Of a stretch of DNA of 64,000 nucleotides, positions 26,716 to 36,828 are shown piece by piece. The DNA is taken from positions 607-64,606 of the forward strand of contig CAKRNO010000005.1 of the NCBI GenBank assembly GCA_934371135.1. Reading direction: 5' to 3'. The stretch is from an uncultured Eubacteriales bacterium. Its GTDB lineage: Bacteria; Bacillota; Clostridia; Oscillospirales; CAG-272. How positions within the stretch are numbered: the stretch's first letter is position 1; every line of letters begins with the position of its first letter. The notes under the pieces are model-generated. The model ran no database searches. It saw nothing but the letters and a program-made list of their open reading frames with translations, and was not told the origin of the DNA. Position numbers and translations under genes: made by a program.

Positions 26716-27114
26716 TTATTTACCGAGGAACCACGCGAGCACATAGATCACGACAAATACAGGCATACACCAGATGACGGTGGCGCCGGTGCCGATGAGC
26801 AGGTCGATGACCTTATCCTTGGAGCGGAACGTACTCGGGAGAGAGCGGAAGAACTCTGCCACGCCAAGCCCGAACGACTTCCAGAACGCGACGAAGTTCT
26901 TCGGGAAAGCGACGATCCAGTGTGCAAAGCCGACGGCGATCTTCGCGACGCGCCGCCCAAATCCGACAAACCTGTCGCGGATGCGGATACCGAACCGCTT
27001 GAACGCGGCGCCGACGGCAAAAATACCGCGCAGGATTGACTGCCCGACGGTTTTCAGAATATACAGGAGCTTCTCAAGGAAAGTCATGAGCTCACCCACC
27101 TTGTCACAAAACAT
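26716..27114 (-). CDS. Hypothetical membrane protein
   Basis: 132 aa with hydrophobic segments at the centre and C-terminus. The start is uncertain (alternative MTFLEK at 27087). Confidence 0.5.
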   Translation of the reverse strand: MFCDKVGELMTFLEKLLYILKTVGQSILRGIFAVGAAFKRFGIRIRDRFVGFGRRVAKIAVGFAHWIVAFPKNFVAFWKSFGLGVAEFFRSLPSTFRSKDKVIDLLIGTGATVIWCMPVFVVIYVLAWFLGK

Positions 27115-27150
27115 TTCGTGCCTTTATTGTAATCGAAACAGGCCGGTCTG

Positions 27151-27990
27151 TCAAGTACCGGTTTTCATTTCCCCCAGCCGGTAGGAGAGCAGCAGGAATT
27201 CCGCCGTCACGTCCAGGCGTCCGAGCGCGGCGAGCCGCTGCCGCCCCGCCTCCGGCGTGCGGTAATAATACGGGGTCATGGAGAACAGCGCGTCGATCTG
27301 CTCCTGCCCCCGGAGGGTGAAGCGGCTTCTGACCGGCGCGGCACCGAGAAAGGTGAAGCCGTCGAGCGCGAAGTCCGCCACCTCGTTCTCGCGCGGGGTG
27401 TCGTAGAGCACCTCCTTCATCTCAAAGAGGTGCCGCCGATCGGGGATCGCCATGAGCAATATCCCCCCGGGGCGCAGCACCCGCCGGTACTCCTCCGCCG
27501 CAAGCGGCGCAAACACGTTCAGAACGAGGTCGAACGACCGGTCGGCAAAGGGCATTTCATACACCCCCGCGACAAAGAGCGAGAAGCGACCGGAGGCGAC
27601 CGTCTCCCGCCGCCCCGCGACCCGGAGCGCCTCGCGTGAAATATCGATCCCGTACCCTGCGGCGTGCGGCAGCGCCCTGAGCACCGCCTCGCCGTAGTAC
27701 CCCTCGCCGCACCCGGCGTCGAGGAAGGTCTCCGCCTCCGGGGCGAGCCGCCGGGCGGCGCCGCAGATTGCGTCCCGGAGCGGCGCATACGCGCCGCCCT
27801 CAAGAAAGGCGCGGCGCGCAAGGATCATCCCGCGGTTGTCGCCGTGCTGTCCTGCCGGGCGCAGGAGCAGATTGGTATAGCCCAGCCGCGCGCGGTCGAA
27901 CGTGTGCCGCCCCGCGCAGATGTAGCTGCCGCCCTGCCGCGCGAGCGGCGCGCGGCAGACGGGGCAGATGAGCACTCCCTCCATCGTCAT
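27151..27990 (-). CDS. rlmA: 23S rRNA (guanine-N1)-methyltransferase RlmA-like
   Basis: N-terminal Zn-finger CPVC...C..RH followed by the SAM motif LDAGCGEGYY. Start at MTMEGVLI. Confidence 0.75.
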   Translation of the reverse strand: MTMEGVLICPVCRAPLARQGGSYICAGRHTFDRARLGYTNLLLRPAGQHGDNRGMILARRAFLEGGAYAPLRDAICGAARRLAPEAETFLDAGCGEGYYGEAVLRALPHAAGYGIDISREALRVAGRRETVASGRFSLFVAGVYEMPFADRSFDLVLNVFAPLAAEEYRRVLRPGGILLMAIPDRRHLFEMKEVLYDTPRENEVADFALDGFTFLGAAPVRSRFTLRGQEQIDALFSMTPYYYRTPEAGRQRLAALGRLDVTAEFLLLSYRLGEMKTGT

Positions 27991-28235
27991 TCCCTCCCGG
28001 GGCGCCGCCGGGCGGCGCGCCCATGCCGTTTTCCCCCGTTCCTGTTTCGCCGGAAAAAGCCTCATGTGGGGGAAAAATACGCAAAAACCATACTTTTATC
28101 ATATTACCAGGATATTTTTGTTTGTCAAGTGTGGAAATAGGGTCGGTTTTGTGCTATGATGGACTTGATCAGTTGTCTGCGCCGTTTCCCGGGTACGCGC
28201 CCGGCGGCGCGCACCATACAAGGAGGATGCTTTCC

Positions 28236-28664
28236 ATGACGGGAAAAAGGCTCGGCGTTGATTACGGCGACGTCCGCACGGGGCTCGCGGTGTCCGACCC
28301 CTCGGGGCTCATCGCGACCGGGGTCGGGACGGTGAAGCCGGGCGGTATGCGCAACACCGCCCGGGTGGTCGCCGCCGCCGCGGCGGAGCACGGCTGCACC
28401 GGTATCGTCGTCGGGCTGCCGAAGAATATGGACGGCTCCGAGGGCTTCCGTGCCGAGACGGTACGGGCGTTCGTCGCCCTGCTCGGAGAGGAAACAGGGC
28501 TCCCGATCGAGCTCTTTGACGAGCGACTCTCCACCGTGGAGGCACACCGCATGATGGATCTCACGGGCACGCACGGCAAAAAACGACGCGACACCGTGGA
28601 CACCCTCTCCGCGCAGATCATCCTGCAGGACTATCTGGACAGGGCGCGCCGCACCGTAAAATAA
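28236..28664 (+). CDS. ruvX: Holliday junction resolvase-like YqgF/RuvX
   Basis: LGVDYGDVRTGLAVSD..., GLPKNMDGSEG, DERLSTVEA motifs. Start at the second ATG after the AAGGAGG RBS. Confidence 0.85.
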   Translation: MTGKRLGVDYGDVRTGLAVSDPSGLIATGVGTVKPGGMRNTARVVAAAAAEHGCTGIVVGLPKNMDGSEGFRAETVRAFVALLGEETGLPIELFDERLSTVEAHRMMDLTGTHGKKRRDTVDTLSAQIILQDYLDRARRTVK

Positions 28665-28727
28665 TATGTCGGCGGCGGGCAGAGCCCGCCGGGCACCGGC
28701 AATCCGGAACAAGGAGACCGTTATCGT

Positions 28728-29156
28728 ATGGACAAGCTTTTCAGCACATACAGGTTACTGGAAACCACCGCGCAGGATGCCCGCAATGACCGGGATTTCG
28801 CGCTCATGATCTGGCTCATCTCGCTGCTGGTCGTCGCCGCCGCCGCGACGGCGACGGTGTTCCTCGTCCGCCGCTACCGCCGTCGGGCGGCGGAGGCAAC
28901 GAAGCAGGAGGAGACCCCTACCTACGACATCGAGACCCTGCGGACCTACTACGACCTCACCCCGCGGGAGGGGGATGTCCTCGGTCGGATGCTCGCGGGC
29001 GATGACGATATGGCGATCGCCGGGCAGCTGGGGATCTCCCTCTCCACCGTCCAGAGCTATATCCGCCACATCTACGACAAGACGGATGCCCGCTCCTTCC
29101 GTGAGCTGGTCGGCGCCTGCCGTATGTGTGAAAAGCCGGAGGGTCCCCTCACCTGA
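28728..29156 (+). CDS. Membrane-anchored LuxR/GerE-type HTH regulator
   Basis: One TM helix (LMIWLISLLVVAAAATATVFLV). C-terminal LTPREGDVL...IAGQLGISLSTVQSYIRHIYDK. Confidence 0.75.
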   Translation: MDKLFSTYRLLETTAQDARNDRDFALMIWLISLLVVAAAATATVFLVRRYRRRAAEATKQEETPTYDIETLRTYYDLTPREGDVLGRMLAGDDDMAIAGQLGISLSTVQSYIRHIYDKTDARSFRELVGACRMCEKPEGPLT

Positions 29157-29262
29157 CAAAGCCCGCCCCATGTGCCAGGCGCCACGGGTGGGCGCCGCCC
29201 GTTACCCGCCCCCGTTTCCCTGCAAAACAAGCGCGCCGCGGAGAAAGTCCGCGGCGCTGTTT

Positions 29263-29844
29263 TTATGCCTCCGGAGGTGTCTCCGGGGGTGTTTCTGCCG
29301 GGCGTCTCCGGCGCAGCCATTGCCGGTGGGCAAACAGCACGAGACCGCCGATGGCGAGACCGATCACGACCGCGGCGAGCACGTCACTCGGGAAATGCAC
29401 GAACAGGTAAAGACGGGAAAAGGCAATCAGCGCCGCGAGCGGGATGGCAACGGGAGCAAAGCGGCGGTCGGCACCGGTCAGCACGGTCGCCCCGATGACG
29501 GACGCCATCGTGTGCCCGGACGGGAAAGAATAGTCCCGCGGCGCGCGGATGAGCAGCTGCACCGTGGGGTCCAGCCAGCAGGGGCGCGGGCGCGCCGCCG
29601 CGTTCTTGAGGATGATGTTCCCGATGAGGAGCCCGAGCGCGAGCCCGATGAGCAGGAGCACCCCGTAGCGCCGCCGTTTTCTGATGCACAGGAGCACCGC
29701 TGCCGCGAGGATCCAGATGAGCCCGCCGTTACCGAGCCATGTAATCTTCGGCATAAGAAAATCGAAGAACCCGCACCGGAGCGCGTCCTGTATCGCATAC
29801 AGGACGGAAAAGTCCAGGCGCGTCAGCCATTCCCACATATACAA
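29263..29844 (-). CDS. PAP2-family phosphatase
   Basis: KxxxxxxRP ... PSGH ... SRxxxxxHxxxD pattern (AARPRP, SFPSGHT, SRLYLFVHFPSDV). Confidence 0.8.
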   Translation of the reverse strand: MYMWEWLTRLDFSVLYAIQDALRCGFFDFLMPKITWLGNGGLIWILAAAVLLCIRKRRRYGVLLLIGLALGLLIGNIILKNAAARPRPCWLDPTVQLLIRAPRDYSFPSGHTMASVIGATVLTGADRRFAPVAIPLAALIAFSRLYLFVHFPSDVLAAVVIGLAIGGLVLFAHRQWLRRRRPAETPPETPPEA

Positions 29845-29966
29845 TCCCTCCGTTTCGCTGCCGGATATTCTGCGGGGCGGGCGCTGCGGCGACAGGTCGC
29901 CTCGTCCGTTCCCCTCCGGACATATTCCGTATAGGTATTATATTCCTCCCGACGACAGATAACCGC

Positions 29967-31010
29967 TCACACCTTGACGAGCATGAGCAGTGTCCCCGCG
30001 ACGATGAGGGCAAGCCCGACGGCAGCGCGGCGGGACAGCTTTTCATGCAGGAACAGGCATGAGAAAGCGACCGTCAGGAGAATACTCAATTTGTCGATCG
30101 GAACGACGACGCTGGCGGGGCCCAGTTGCAGCGCGCGGTAGTAGCACAGCCACGACGCCCCAGTCGCAAGCCCCGAGAGACAGATAAAGAGCAACTCCCG
30201 CCCGGGGATTCCGCGCAGTTTGCCGCACTTGCCCGTCGCCGGCACCATGAGCCAGGACATGGCGAGCACCACCGCCGTGCGGATCATCGTCCCGAGGTTG
30301 GATTCCACCCCCTCAATGCCGATCTTGCCGAGGATGGAGGTCAGCGCCGCGAACACTGCCGACAGACAGGCGAAGAGGAGCCAGGCGTATCTGCCGAAGC
30401 CGCGGCGTGCCGCCACCGGCTCCGCCGTGGCTTCCGTCTCGCCGACCGACGCCGCTTTTTCGCCCCCCGCCGATGCCGTCTGCTCCGGCGTGCGCATGGC
30501 ACCGGCGACGGCTGTCCCGTCCCCTGATGCCGCGGCGGGTGTCCCCGCCGTCGTCGTCGCGTCCTCTGCCCGGGCGGTTCCCGGCTTCGGCTTCTTCTTT
30601 TCAATCATGAGGTAAGTACCGGCGGCGATGAGCACCACGCAGATGCCCTTGAGCCGGGAGATGGGCTCCTGCAGAATGATAAAGGCGAGGAGAATGGTGA
30701 GAAAGGTCGAGGACTTGTCGATCGGTACGACCCGGTTGACGTCCCCCAGCCCGAGCGCGCGGAAGTAGCACAGCCACGATGCCCCCGTCGCGAGTCCCGA
30801 CAGGATGAGAAACACCCAGGTTTTCGCCCCGATTTTCCCGATGCCGCCCAGCGACCCCACAATGAGCACCATGAGAAAGGACATGAGCAGCACGACCACG
30901 GTGCGGATGGCGGTTGCCACCGTCGGATCCGTTTTGCGGATGCCGCATTTTGCGAGGATGGAGGTCAGCGCGGCGAACGCCGCCGACCCCAGCGCAAGGA
31001 ATACCCACAT
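29967..31010 (-). CDS. EamA/DMT-family transporter with a long Ala/Thr/Gly-rich inter-domain linker
   Basis: Two homologous EamA halves (each ...ALTSIL.K.GI...TAIRT.VVL.MS...GLATGASWLCY.RAL..G...VVPIDK.S...). Start at MWVFLAL. The 512-aa track ORF is an artefactual extension. Confidence 0.8.
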   Translation of the reverse strand: MWVFLALGSAAFAALTSILAKCGIRKTDPTVATAIRTVVVLLMSFLMVLIVGSLGGIGKIGAKTWVFLILSGLATGASWLCYFRALGLGDVNRVVPIDKSSTFLTILLAFIILQEPISRLKGICVVLIAAGTYLMIEKKKPKPGTARAEDATTTAGTPAAASGDGTAVAGAMRTPEQTASAGGEKAASVGETEATAEPVAARRGFGRYAWLLFACLSAVFAALTSILGKIGIEGVESNLGTMIRTAVVLAMSWLMVPATGKCGKLRGIPGRELLFICLSGLATGASWLCYYRALQLGPASVVVPIDKLSILLTVAFSCLFLHEKLSRRAAVGLALIVAGTLLMLVKV

Positions 31011-31012
31011 GG

Positions 31013-31426
31013 TCAATCCCCCCGTACATCTTCCCCGTCGACCAGGTGCGGGAAGCCCGCGCGGCTCTCGGTCTTGGACGCGCGGTACATCCGGTCGAGG
31101 AGCGCCCCGAACACCTGCTGCTCGTCCGCCGTGAGCGTCGCCGTGAGATATTCGTAAAACGCGGTCTCGATCGCCGCCTTGGAGACCTTCAGCCCCTCTG
31201 CCTTTTCGGTCGGATAGAGCAGTCGGCTGCGCCCGTCTGCCGGGTTTTCCCGCCGGACGAGATACCCCTTGGCTTCGAGGCACTCGGTGCGGCGGGCGAC
31301 CGCCGCCTTGTCGGCGTGCAGCAGCTCCGCAATCTGCGCCTGCGTCGCGCCGGGGTAGTGCCGCAGCGCATGGATATAGTCTATCTCCGCCGCCCCGATG
31401 CCGTTCTCGCGCAGCGTGCGGAGCAC
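31013..31426 (-). CDS. MarR-family transcriptional regulator
   Basis: Winged-helix pattern HYPGATQAQIAELLHADKAAVARRTECLEAKGYLVRRENPADGRS. The track start is a GTG. The true start may lie further upstream (frame open to about 31480, no ATG there). Confidence 0.7.
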   Translation of the reverse strand: MLRTLRENGIGAAEIDYIHALRHYPGATQAQIAELLHADKAAVARRTECLEAKGYLVRRENPADGRSRLLYPTEKAEGLKVSKAAIETAFYEYLTATLTADEQQVFGALLDRMYRASKTESRAGFPHLVDGEDVRGD

Positions 31427-31558
31427 CAGTTTTTCCGCCTCCCGCGCAATCTTTGTGATTTTTCTTTCCGTAATATCCAGATTTCCCGCATCCTTTCACG
31501 GACATATAGTTGTACCTACAACCATTTTATCACGCCGCCCCTTTTTGTCAACCGGTAT

Positions 31559-33676
31559 TTAAGCCCGCCCGTGCACTGCACCGGCTTCGCTCGGTGCCCA
31601 AACGGCATACAGCACCGTTCCGGAAGGGAGCCCCTTGAGCTCTTTTGCCGGCAGGGTTCGCTCATACGTCCCCTTGTCCCCCTCGTAAGTCGTCTTCCCA
31701 TACTGCACCGTATTGCCCGAAGCCTCCGTCGTCCAGCCCATAAAGGTATAGCCGTCACGGTACGGCACCCGGATTCCTCTTGTGATCGTCGGGATATTAG
31801 AAGTACAACTGTAGAAACTCCCGTATGCATCCTCTTCATACGTCTCCTCATAGAGCCAGGTCAGTGAAGCGACATACGGATAACCGTCGTCGTCGCCAAG
31901 CGAGCAGTCGAAAATGATGTTACCTTTCGCCCAATTGGAGTCCATTGGATTTGAATAGTTGGCTCGATGCCAACCGGCAGGAAAGTCCTCTGACGCGGAG
32001 GTATAAACGGTTGCCGCCCCATCAAAAGCCCCTGCTCCGATGGTCTCGACGCTCCCCGGTAAAAAGACGGTGAGCGCTCCGCATTCGTCGAAAGCCTTTG
32101 CCCCGATTTCCTGTACCCCATTCGGGATCACAATGATCGTGAGAGAAGCATTTTTTAAAAAAGCATCATCCCCGATCTTGCGGAGTGTGCGGGGTAGCTT
32201 CAGGGAGGTCAGTTCGTTCTCCGCAAAGGCGCCGCCACCGATGACCTCTACCCCTTCCGGTATCACCACGTCCTTGAGTGCACAGGCTTCAAATGCTTCT
32301 TCCATGATTTCCCGGATACCCTCCGGAATCACGCTTGCCGGACACCCCATCACGAGCACGTCGTCCGCCCGGCGGATGATGCAGTTCCCCTCACTCCTGT
32401 AAGTGGCGTTGCCCTCCCTGACGGTGAGGCTCGTGAGCCCCTTGCAATACCTCGTCATACCTAAGCCGATATTCTCTACGGTAGCCGGGATCTCCAGGTG
32501 CGTCAGGCGTGGGCAATCCCAAAAAGCAGCTCCGTATTTGGCTTTTCCGATGCCGATGCTCCTGATCCCCTCTTCGAGCGTCACAGCGGTGAGATTGTGA
32601 CAGCAAGCAAACGCCTCCGGACCTATGATCTCCACGGTGCCGGGGACCGTGATTTCGGAGAGCCCGGAGCATTCCGCAAAGGCGTAAGAACCGATGGATC
32701 GGACCTCCGATGGGATGATGCCGGTCCCGATGCCGAGGACAAGTTCGTTATCCGATCTCCGCATGACGCAGTTGTCCTTGCTCCAAAAGACCGGATTGTT
32801 CTCCGCTACCGTGATCGAGGTGAGCCGGTCACAGAGGCCGAACGCCTGTATGCCGATGGATTCCACATACTCCGGGATGTATATTTTCTCAAGCGAGCTG
32901 CAAGCACGAAATGTAGCTGCGTTGAGCTTGGTCAGCGCCGTCGGCAGCGTGATGTCGGAAAGGGCAGCACAGTTAAAAAAGGCGAAACTTCCGATCGTAT
33001 CGATCCCTCCCGGCAGGTGGATCCCCGTCAGCGCCACACAATTGGAAAAGGCGTAGCCTCCGATCGTTTCGCACACCGTGGAGTTACGCACACGACGGAG
33101 GTTTGTGCATCCGCTGAAGGCTTTGTTACCGATCGTTTTCACGGTATCCGGGATGATGACGCCGGTGAGACCGGTGCAGTTTTCAAAAGCGGAGTCGGCG
33201 ATCTGCGTAATCGGCTTTTGATCCTGGGCATGGGACGGGAGGCATAGTTTTCCGCGGATCTGTTCGGGATCCACCGCCGCGATCTCATATTCGGTATCAT
33301 CGTTGATCAGACGGATCCGGCAAAATTCCACTGCTTCTACGGTATATGTAACCGGCTCCGACCAGTCTGAGTCGGCGGCACCGATGGTATCGTACAGTGC
33401 CCGCACCCGTAATTCATAGGTCTTGGATTGCAGAAGACGCAGGAAGAGGTCAAACCCGCTCCCCTTCGCCTGGTATTCCTTCCCGTCGACGCTCACAAGA
33501 TAGCCGGTGGCTTTCTCATCCTCCTGCCAGGTCAGGATGTCGTTCTCGATCTGTAGCCCCGTAGGTGCCGGGGGTACTGCGGCGGGCCGCTTCCCACAGC
33601 CGGCGGCGAGCGCGCACAGCAGGATGATGAACGCCACCGTTGCGATCATCAGGCAGAATTTCTTTTTGGCATTCAT
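31559..33676 (-). CDS. BspA-type leucine-rich-repeat surface lipoprotein
   Basis: Signal/lipobox LCALAAGC. Many repeats of the form IPxxVxxIGxxAFxxCxxLxxI. C-terminal GYTFMGW Listeria-Bacteroides repeat. Confidence 0.85.
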   Translation of the reverse strand: MNAKKKFCLMIATVAFIILLCALAAGCGKRPAAVPPAPTGLQIENDILTWQEDEKATGYLVSVDGKEYQAKGSGFDLFLRLLQSKTYELRVRALYDTIGAADSDWSEPVTYTVEAVEFCRIRLINDDTEYEIAAVDPEQIRGKLCLPSHAQDQKPITQIADSAFENCTGLTGVIIPDTVKTIGNKAFSGCTNLRRVRNSTVCETIGGYAFSNCVALTGIHLPGGIDTIGSFAFFNCAALSDITLPTALTKLNAATFRACSSLEKIYIPEYVESIGIQAFGLCDRLTSITVAENNPVFWSKDNCVMRRSDNELVLGIGTGIIPSEVRSIGSYAFAECSGLSEITVPGTVEIIGPEAFACCHNLTAVTLEEGIRSIGIGKAKYGAAFWDCPRLTHLEIPATVENIGLGMTRYCKGLTSLTVREGNATYRSEGNCIIRRADDVLVMGCPASVIPEGIREIMEEAFEACALKDVVIPEGVEVIGGGAFAENELTSLKLPRTLRKIGDDAFLKNASLTIIVIPNGVQEIGAKAFDECGALTVFLPGSVETIGAGAFDGAATVYTSASEDFPAGWHRANYSNPMDSNWAKGNIIFDCSLGDDDGYPYVASLTWLYEETYEEDAYGSFYSCTSNIPTITRGIRVPYRDGYTFMGWTTEASGNTVQYGKTTYEGDKGTYERTLPAKELKGLPSGTVLYAVWAPSEAGAVHGRA

Positions 33677-33758
33677 AGCCACTCCTTTCAAAAACCGGAT
33701 TGTTTTCTTTTATCAGGCTCTCCCGCCGCGCGATGTGCGGCGGGAGAGCCACTGAGGG

Positions 33759-35060
33759 TTAGATAGTGGACTTCGGATCGACATCATTGTTATCGCATCG
33801 ATAATAAGCATATTGTGCCGGCGTCATAATCACCTGCCAGCCATCCACAATGAACACGTCAGTAAGATCCACCATCCACCCATAAATGCTGAAGTTCATA
33901 GGCTTATGCGTGATCTCGCACAAACCGCTCCAGTTTTTGAAGGGCCGCATATCTTGTCCGCTGACAAACGCGAGTATCACCTCATAAATACCCGTTACGG
34001 GTCCGGCAACATATACATCGGAGCTGACATTGTCCGAAATGGCGTAACCATCAGTGTTATACAGAAAAATGGAGAAACTTTTACTGCAGTTCTTTTTGGA
34101 TTCCTGCATCATTTGGAGCCACGACTCCGCTTCAGAAGCGCCATTCCATGTGGTGCCGATGGCATAGATATGATCGTTTTCAATCGCGGAGGCAAACTCT
34201 CCGTTCGATAGGAGATCATCGTCCCAATAGATATATTCGTTGGTCATGACATTATAGAATGTCGTATTATAGATGTGGCAGATTAATTTGATTTGGTGTA
34301 TGTTCATAACATCGGCATTGGTGATCGTGGTGTATAGAAGTTCATCGATAAATATAGAACGAATGAACGGTATAAAATAGCTTACAATAAAACTGGTTGA
34401 AATATGCCCGTTTTCAGCGTTCGGTGACAGTGAGGCATCCAAAATAAAAGTTGCGTTATCGAATGGATTACCCGTGCTGTTCCGCATTGCTCTGTAAAAA
34501 ATATTGGCAATAAAATTATAGTATATGCCTGAGTTGATATGGACGTCTACATAACTTAAGAAATCCCGGTAACCCATGTATTGATTCTCATCCACCCCGC
34601 AGATAAACATGATTTTACAACCGTTTTCATGAAATCTACTGAAGATGTTATACAGAAAATCAGTAAGCAAATCCCCGTCATCATTGTCAATCTGGATTGT
34701 AAAAGAAGACATGATTTCGAAAATCACATAGCAGTCTTGGCTGGAAAAGATTCCATTCTCGTCATTTTCATACAATTCTTTGACTTTTGAAACAAATACA
34801 GTAGGGTCGTAGTAATACAAATCGCATCTGTCAACCGCACCTGACTGAAGCAGGCTTTGCCGATATGTCCTACTCTGCAAATTATCGCTGAAATAGTAAA
34901 CGGTGTTGAAATTGCCATCGGGAGCGACAGACTGGGCAACGCCGTCATCGGATACCAGTGCCGCCTGTTCCGTGGCGAGCCCCATCGCGGAGATTGCAGA
35001 GGTCAGTACAAGCAGGATTGCCATCACTGCCACGAGGGAAAGTTTTACGATATTTTTCAT
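33759..35060 (-). CDS. AT-rich orphan secreted protein (433 aa, no recognised domain)
   Basis: N-terminal signal peptide (MKNIVKLSLVAVMAILLVLTSAISA). Y/F/N/I/D-rich. Codon usage clearly AT-biased compared with flanks. Confidence 0.75.
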   Translation of the reverse strand: MKNIVKLSLVAVMAILLVLTSAISAMGLATEQAALVSDDGVAQSVAPDGNFNTVYYFSDNLQSRTYRQSLLQSGAVDRCDLYYYDPTVFVSKVKELYENDENGIFSSQDCYVIFEIMSSFTIQIDNDDGDLLTDFLYNIFSRFHENGCKIMFICGVDENQYMGYRDFLSYVDVHINSGIYYNFIANIFYRAMRNSTGNPFDNATFILDASLSPNAENGHISTSFIVSYFIPFIRSIFIDELLYTTITNADVMNIHQIKLICHIYNTTFYNVMTNEYIYWDDDLLSNGEFASAIENDHIYAIGTTWNGASEAESWLQMMQESKKNCSKSFSIFLYNTDGYAISDNVSSDVYVAGPVTGIYEVILAFVSGQDMRPFKNWSGLCEITHKPMNFSIYGWMVDLTDVFIVDGWQVIMTPAQYAYYRCDNNDVDPKSTI

Positions 35061-35390
35061 ATTTTAACTCCTTTGATTGCTTTGTGCAATACATATTTTT
35101 GATGTTTGGAAAAACGGACGGTCAGGTATGCGGCCGCCTTGTCGTGCGTGCACTCCGTAAGGGCGCTGTTCGCCCCCTCGCCCTCGGAGTGGTTCCCCTT
35201 CCTATGGGTCGGTCATTCTGCACCTCCTTTGCGTGTTCTGTGGCTCCCCCCACAGTCGACCTCTGATGAGGAGATGCCCCTATGCGATTGCTATTGTAGC
35301 ACAAAGGATTTACCGTCCGGAATACCTTGCATAAAAACCGACCGTTTTCTTCATTTTTCCTGAAAATCCGCCCCTTTTCACACCGGGCAG

Positions 35391-35480
35391 CCCACAAAAA
35401 TGACCCCCCATCCGGGAGGTCATTTTGCTTCTTATCTACTCCGTCTGCCCTTTTCCCTTGCGGGCGAAAGGTAAGCAAGG
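35391..35480. repeat. Module A: terminator-like hairpin plus 13-nt copy of the tRNA-Leu(CAG) 3' end
   Basis: AAAAATGACCCCCCATCCGGGAGGTCATTTT...CTTGCGGGCGAAAGGTAAGCAAG. The core TGCGGGCGAAAGG at 35459-35471 is identical to 36902-36914 and 37043-37055. About 75% identical to module B by hand alignment. Confidence 0.7.
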
Positions 35481-35498
35481 CGAAAACACGCCGGTGGC

Positions 35499-35714
35499 TT
35501 GTTTTCGCTGACGCGCCCGATGAAAACGGGGAGCGGCGGAGAGTGGGCGATCGTCCACCGCTGCCGTCGGTGCGGGTGCCTGCGCTCCAATCGCATCGCC
35601 GCGGACGATAATCCGGTGAAGCTCATGAGCATCGCCCTCCGCCCGCTGGCAAACCCGCCGTTCCCTCTCGACCGCATCGAGGAAATGACCGCCGCAGGCG
35701 GTGCACCCGCCTGA
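35499..35714 (+). pseudogene. 5'-truncated RNHCP-domain gene remnant
   Basis: GGEWAIVHRCRRCG..SNRIAADDNP..LMSIALRPLANPPFPL matches my recollection of the C-terminal half of RNHCP-domain proteins. The N-terminal half with the RNHCP motif is absent. The remnant begins 28 nt after module A. Confidence 0.55.
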
Positions 35715-36008
35715 CCCGCCGCGATTGCCCTATATCCCAGCCGGACTTGCAACCGCGCCGCGCTTAACACACCGCGCCGCACCCGGCATCCCGTTCCCCT
35801 CCCAACCCCGCCTGTTGCAAGCCCGGATGCAAGAATCCCCTGCCACCCATGTGACGCCCCGTTTGGCGTCTCACATCGGCGGCAGGGTACTTTGTTTTTC
35901 AACCAATACTAGAATTTTTCTCTCAAAACGAGTGATTGCTTTTCGGGCGGGATGTGTTATAGTAGAAGCAGGATAGGTGCCGATCCAAAACAGTAAGGAG
36001 GCATAACC

Positions 36009-36821
36009 ATGCAGAAATTCGGAGAAAAGATCAAATCTTTGAGAAAACAGAAAAACATCTCCCAAGAGGTTTTTGCGAGCTACCTCGGGGTATCCTTTCA
36101 AGCCGTTTCCAAGTGGGAGACCGGCAGCACCCTGCCGGATGTGACCATGATTCCCGCCATCGCCTCTTTCTTCGGCGTAACGACCGATGAGCTTTTTGAT
36201 TTCAACCGGTTCGAGGCGGAAAAGCAGGTAGAGGCGATCTGCCGGGAGGCGTATCAATACCGTGTGACCGACAGTGCAAAATCGGAGCGCATCCTGCGCG
36301 AGGGCTTGCAGAGATTCCCGGGGAATGACATCATCCTCAACAACCTGCTTTATACACTGGATTACCGGACGCGGGCGGAGGAGGTCATCAGGTTGTGCAA
36401 GACGCTTATCGAGTCGACGAAAGACGATTCCGTTAAGTACGATGCCTGCCGGATCCTTGCATCGTGCTACCGGGAAAACGGGCAGAACGACCTCGTCCGA
36501 CCCACGCTTGAACAGATCCCCGAGATCTACTTTTCAAAGCTGGAGCTGATGGCATCCCTTTTGGACGGAGAGGATAGCTATGAGGCGGCGCAAAAGCAGA
36601 AAAACCTCTCGGCGGAGGACCTGATCGAGATGTTACTGATCACGGGTAAGTGCCTGGAAGAGAGGGGCGACAACGAAAAAGCCGCCTCCCAGTTTCAGAT
36701 TGCCCTGAAGATCATCGATGCGTTTGCAGAAGACTTCGTCGAAAGCAAATGGTTCCGTTCCACCATTTACGAATACATGAGCGAGCAGAGGAAAGAAGCC
36801 GAAAGGCTGCTTGCCGAGTGA
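36009..36821 (+). CDS. XRE-family HTH regulator with C-terminal TPR-like domain
   Basis: KIKSLRKQKNISQEVFASYLGVSFQAVSKWETG (HTH_3), followed by about 200 aa of helical repeats. Confidence 0.8.
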   Translation: MQKFGEKIKSLRKQKNISQEVFASYLGVSFQAVSKWETGSTLPDVTMIPAIASFFGVTTDELFDFNRFEAEKQVEAICREAYQYRVTDSAKSERILREGLQRFPGNDIILNNLLYTLDYRTRAEEVIRLCKTLIESTKDDSVKYDACRILASCYRENGQNDLVRPTLEQIPEIYFSKLELMASLLDGEDSYEAAQKQKNLSAEDLIEMLLITGKCLEERGDNEKAASQFQIALKIIDAFAEDFVESKWFRSTIYEYMSEQRKEAERLLAE

Positions 36822-36828
36822 CCCCGCC

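Noticed and set aside
29967-31505. 512-aa ORF fusing the EamA transporter with upstream sequence
   Set aside because: The N-terminal 165 aa are Arg/Gly-rich and out of frame with the overlapping MarR gene, which has a proper winged-helix motif. The transporter starts at MWVFLAL (31010).
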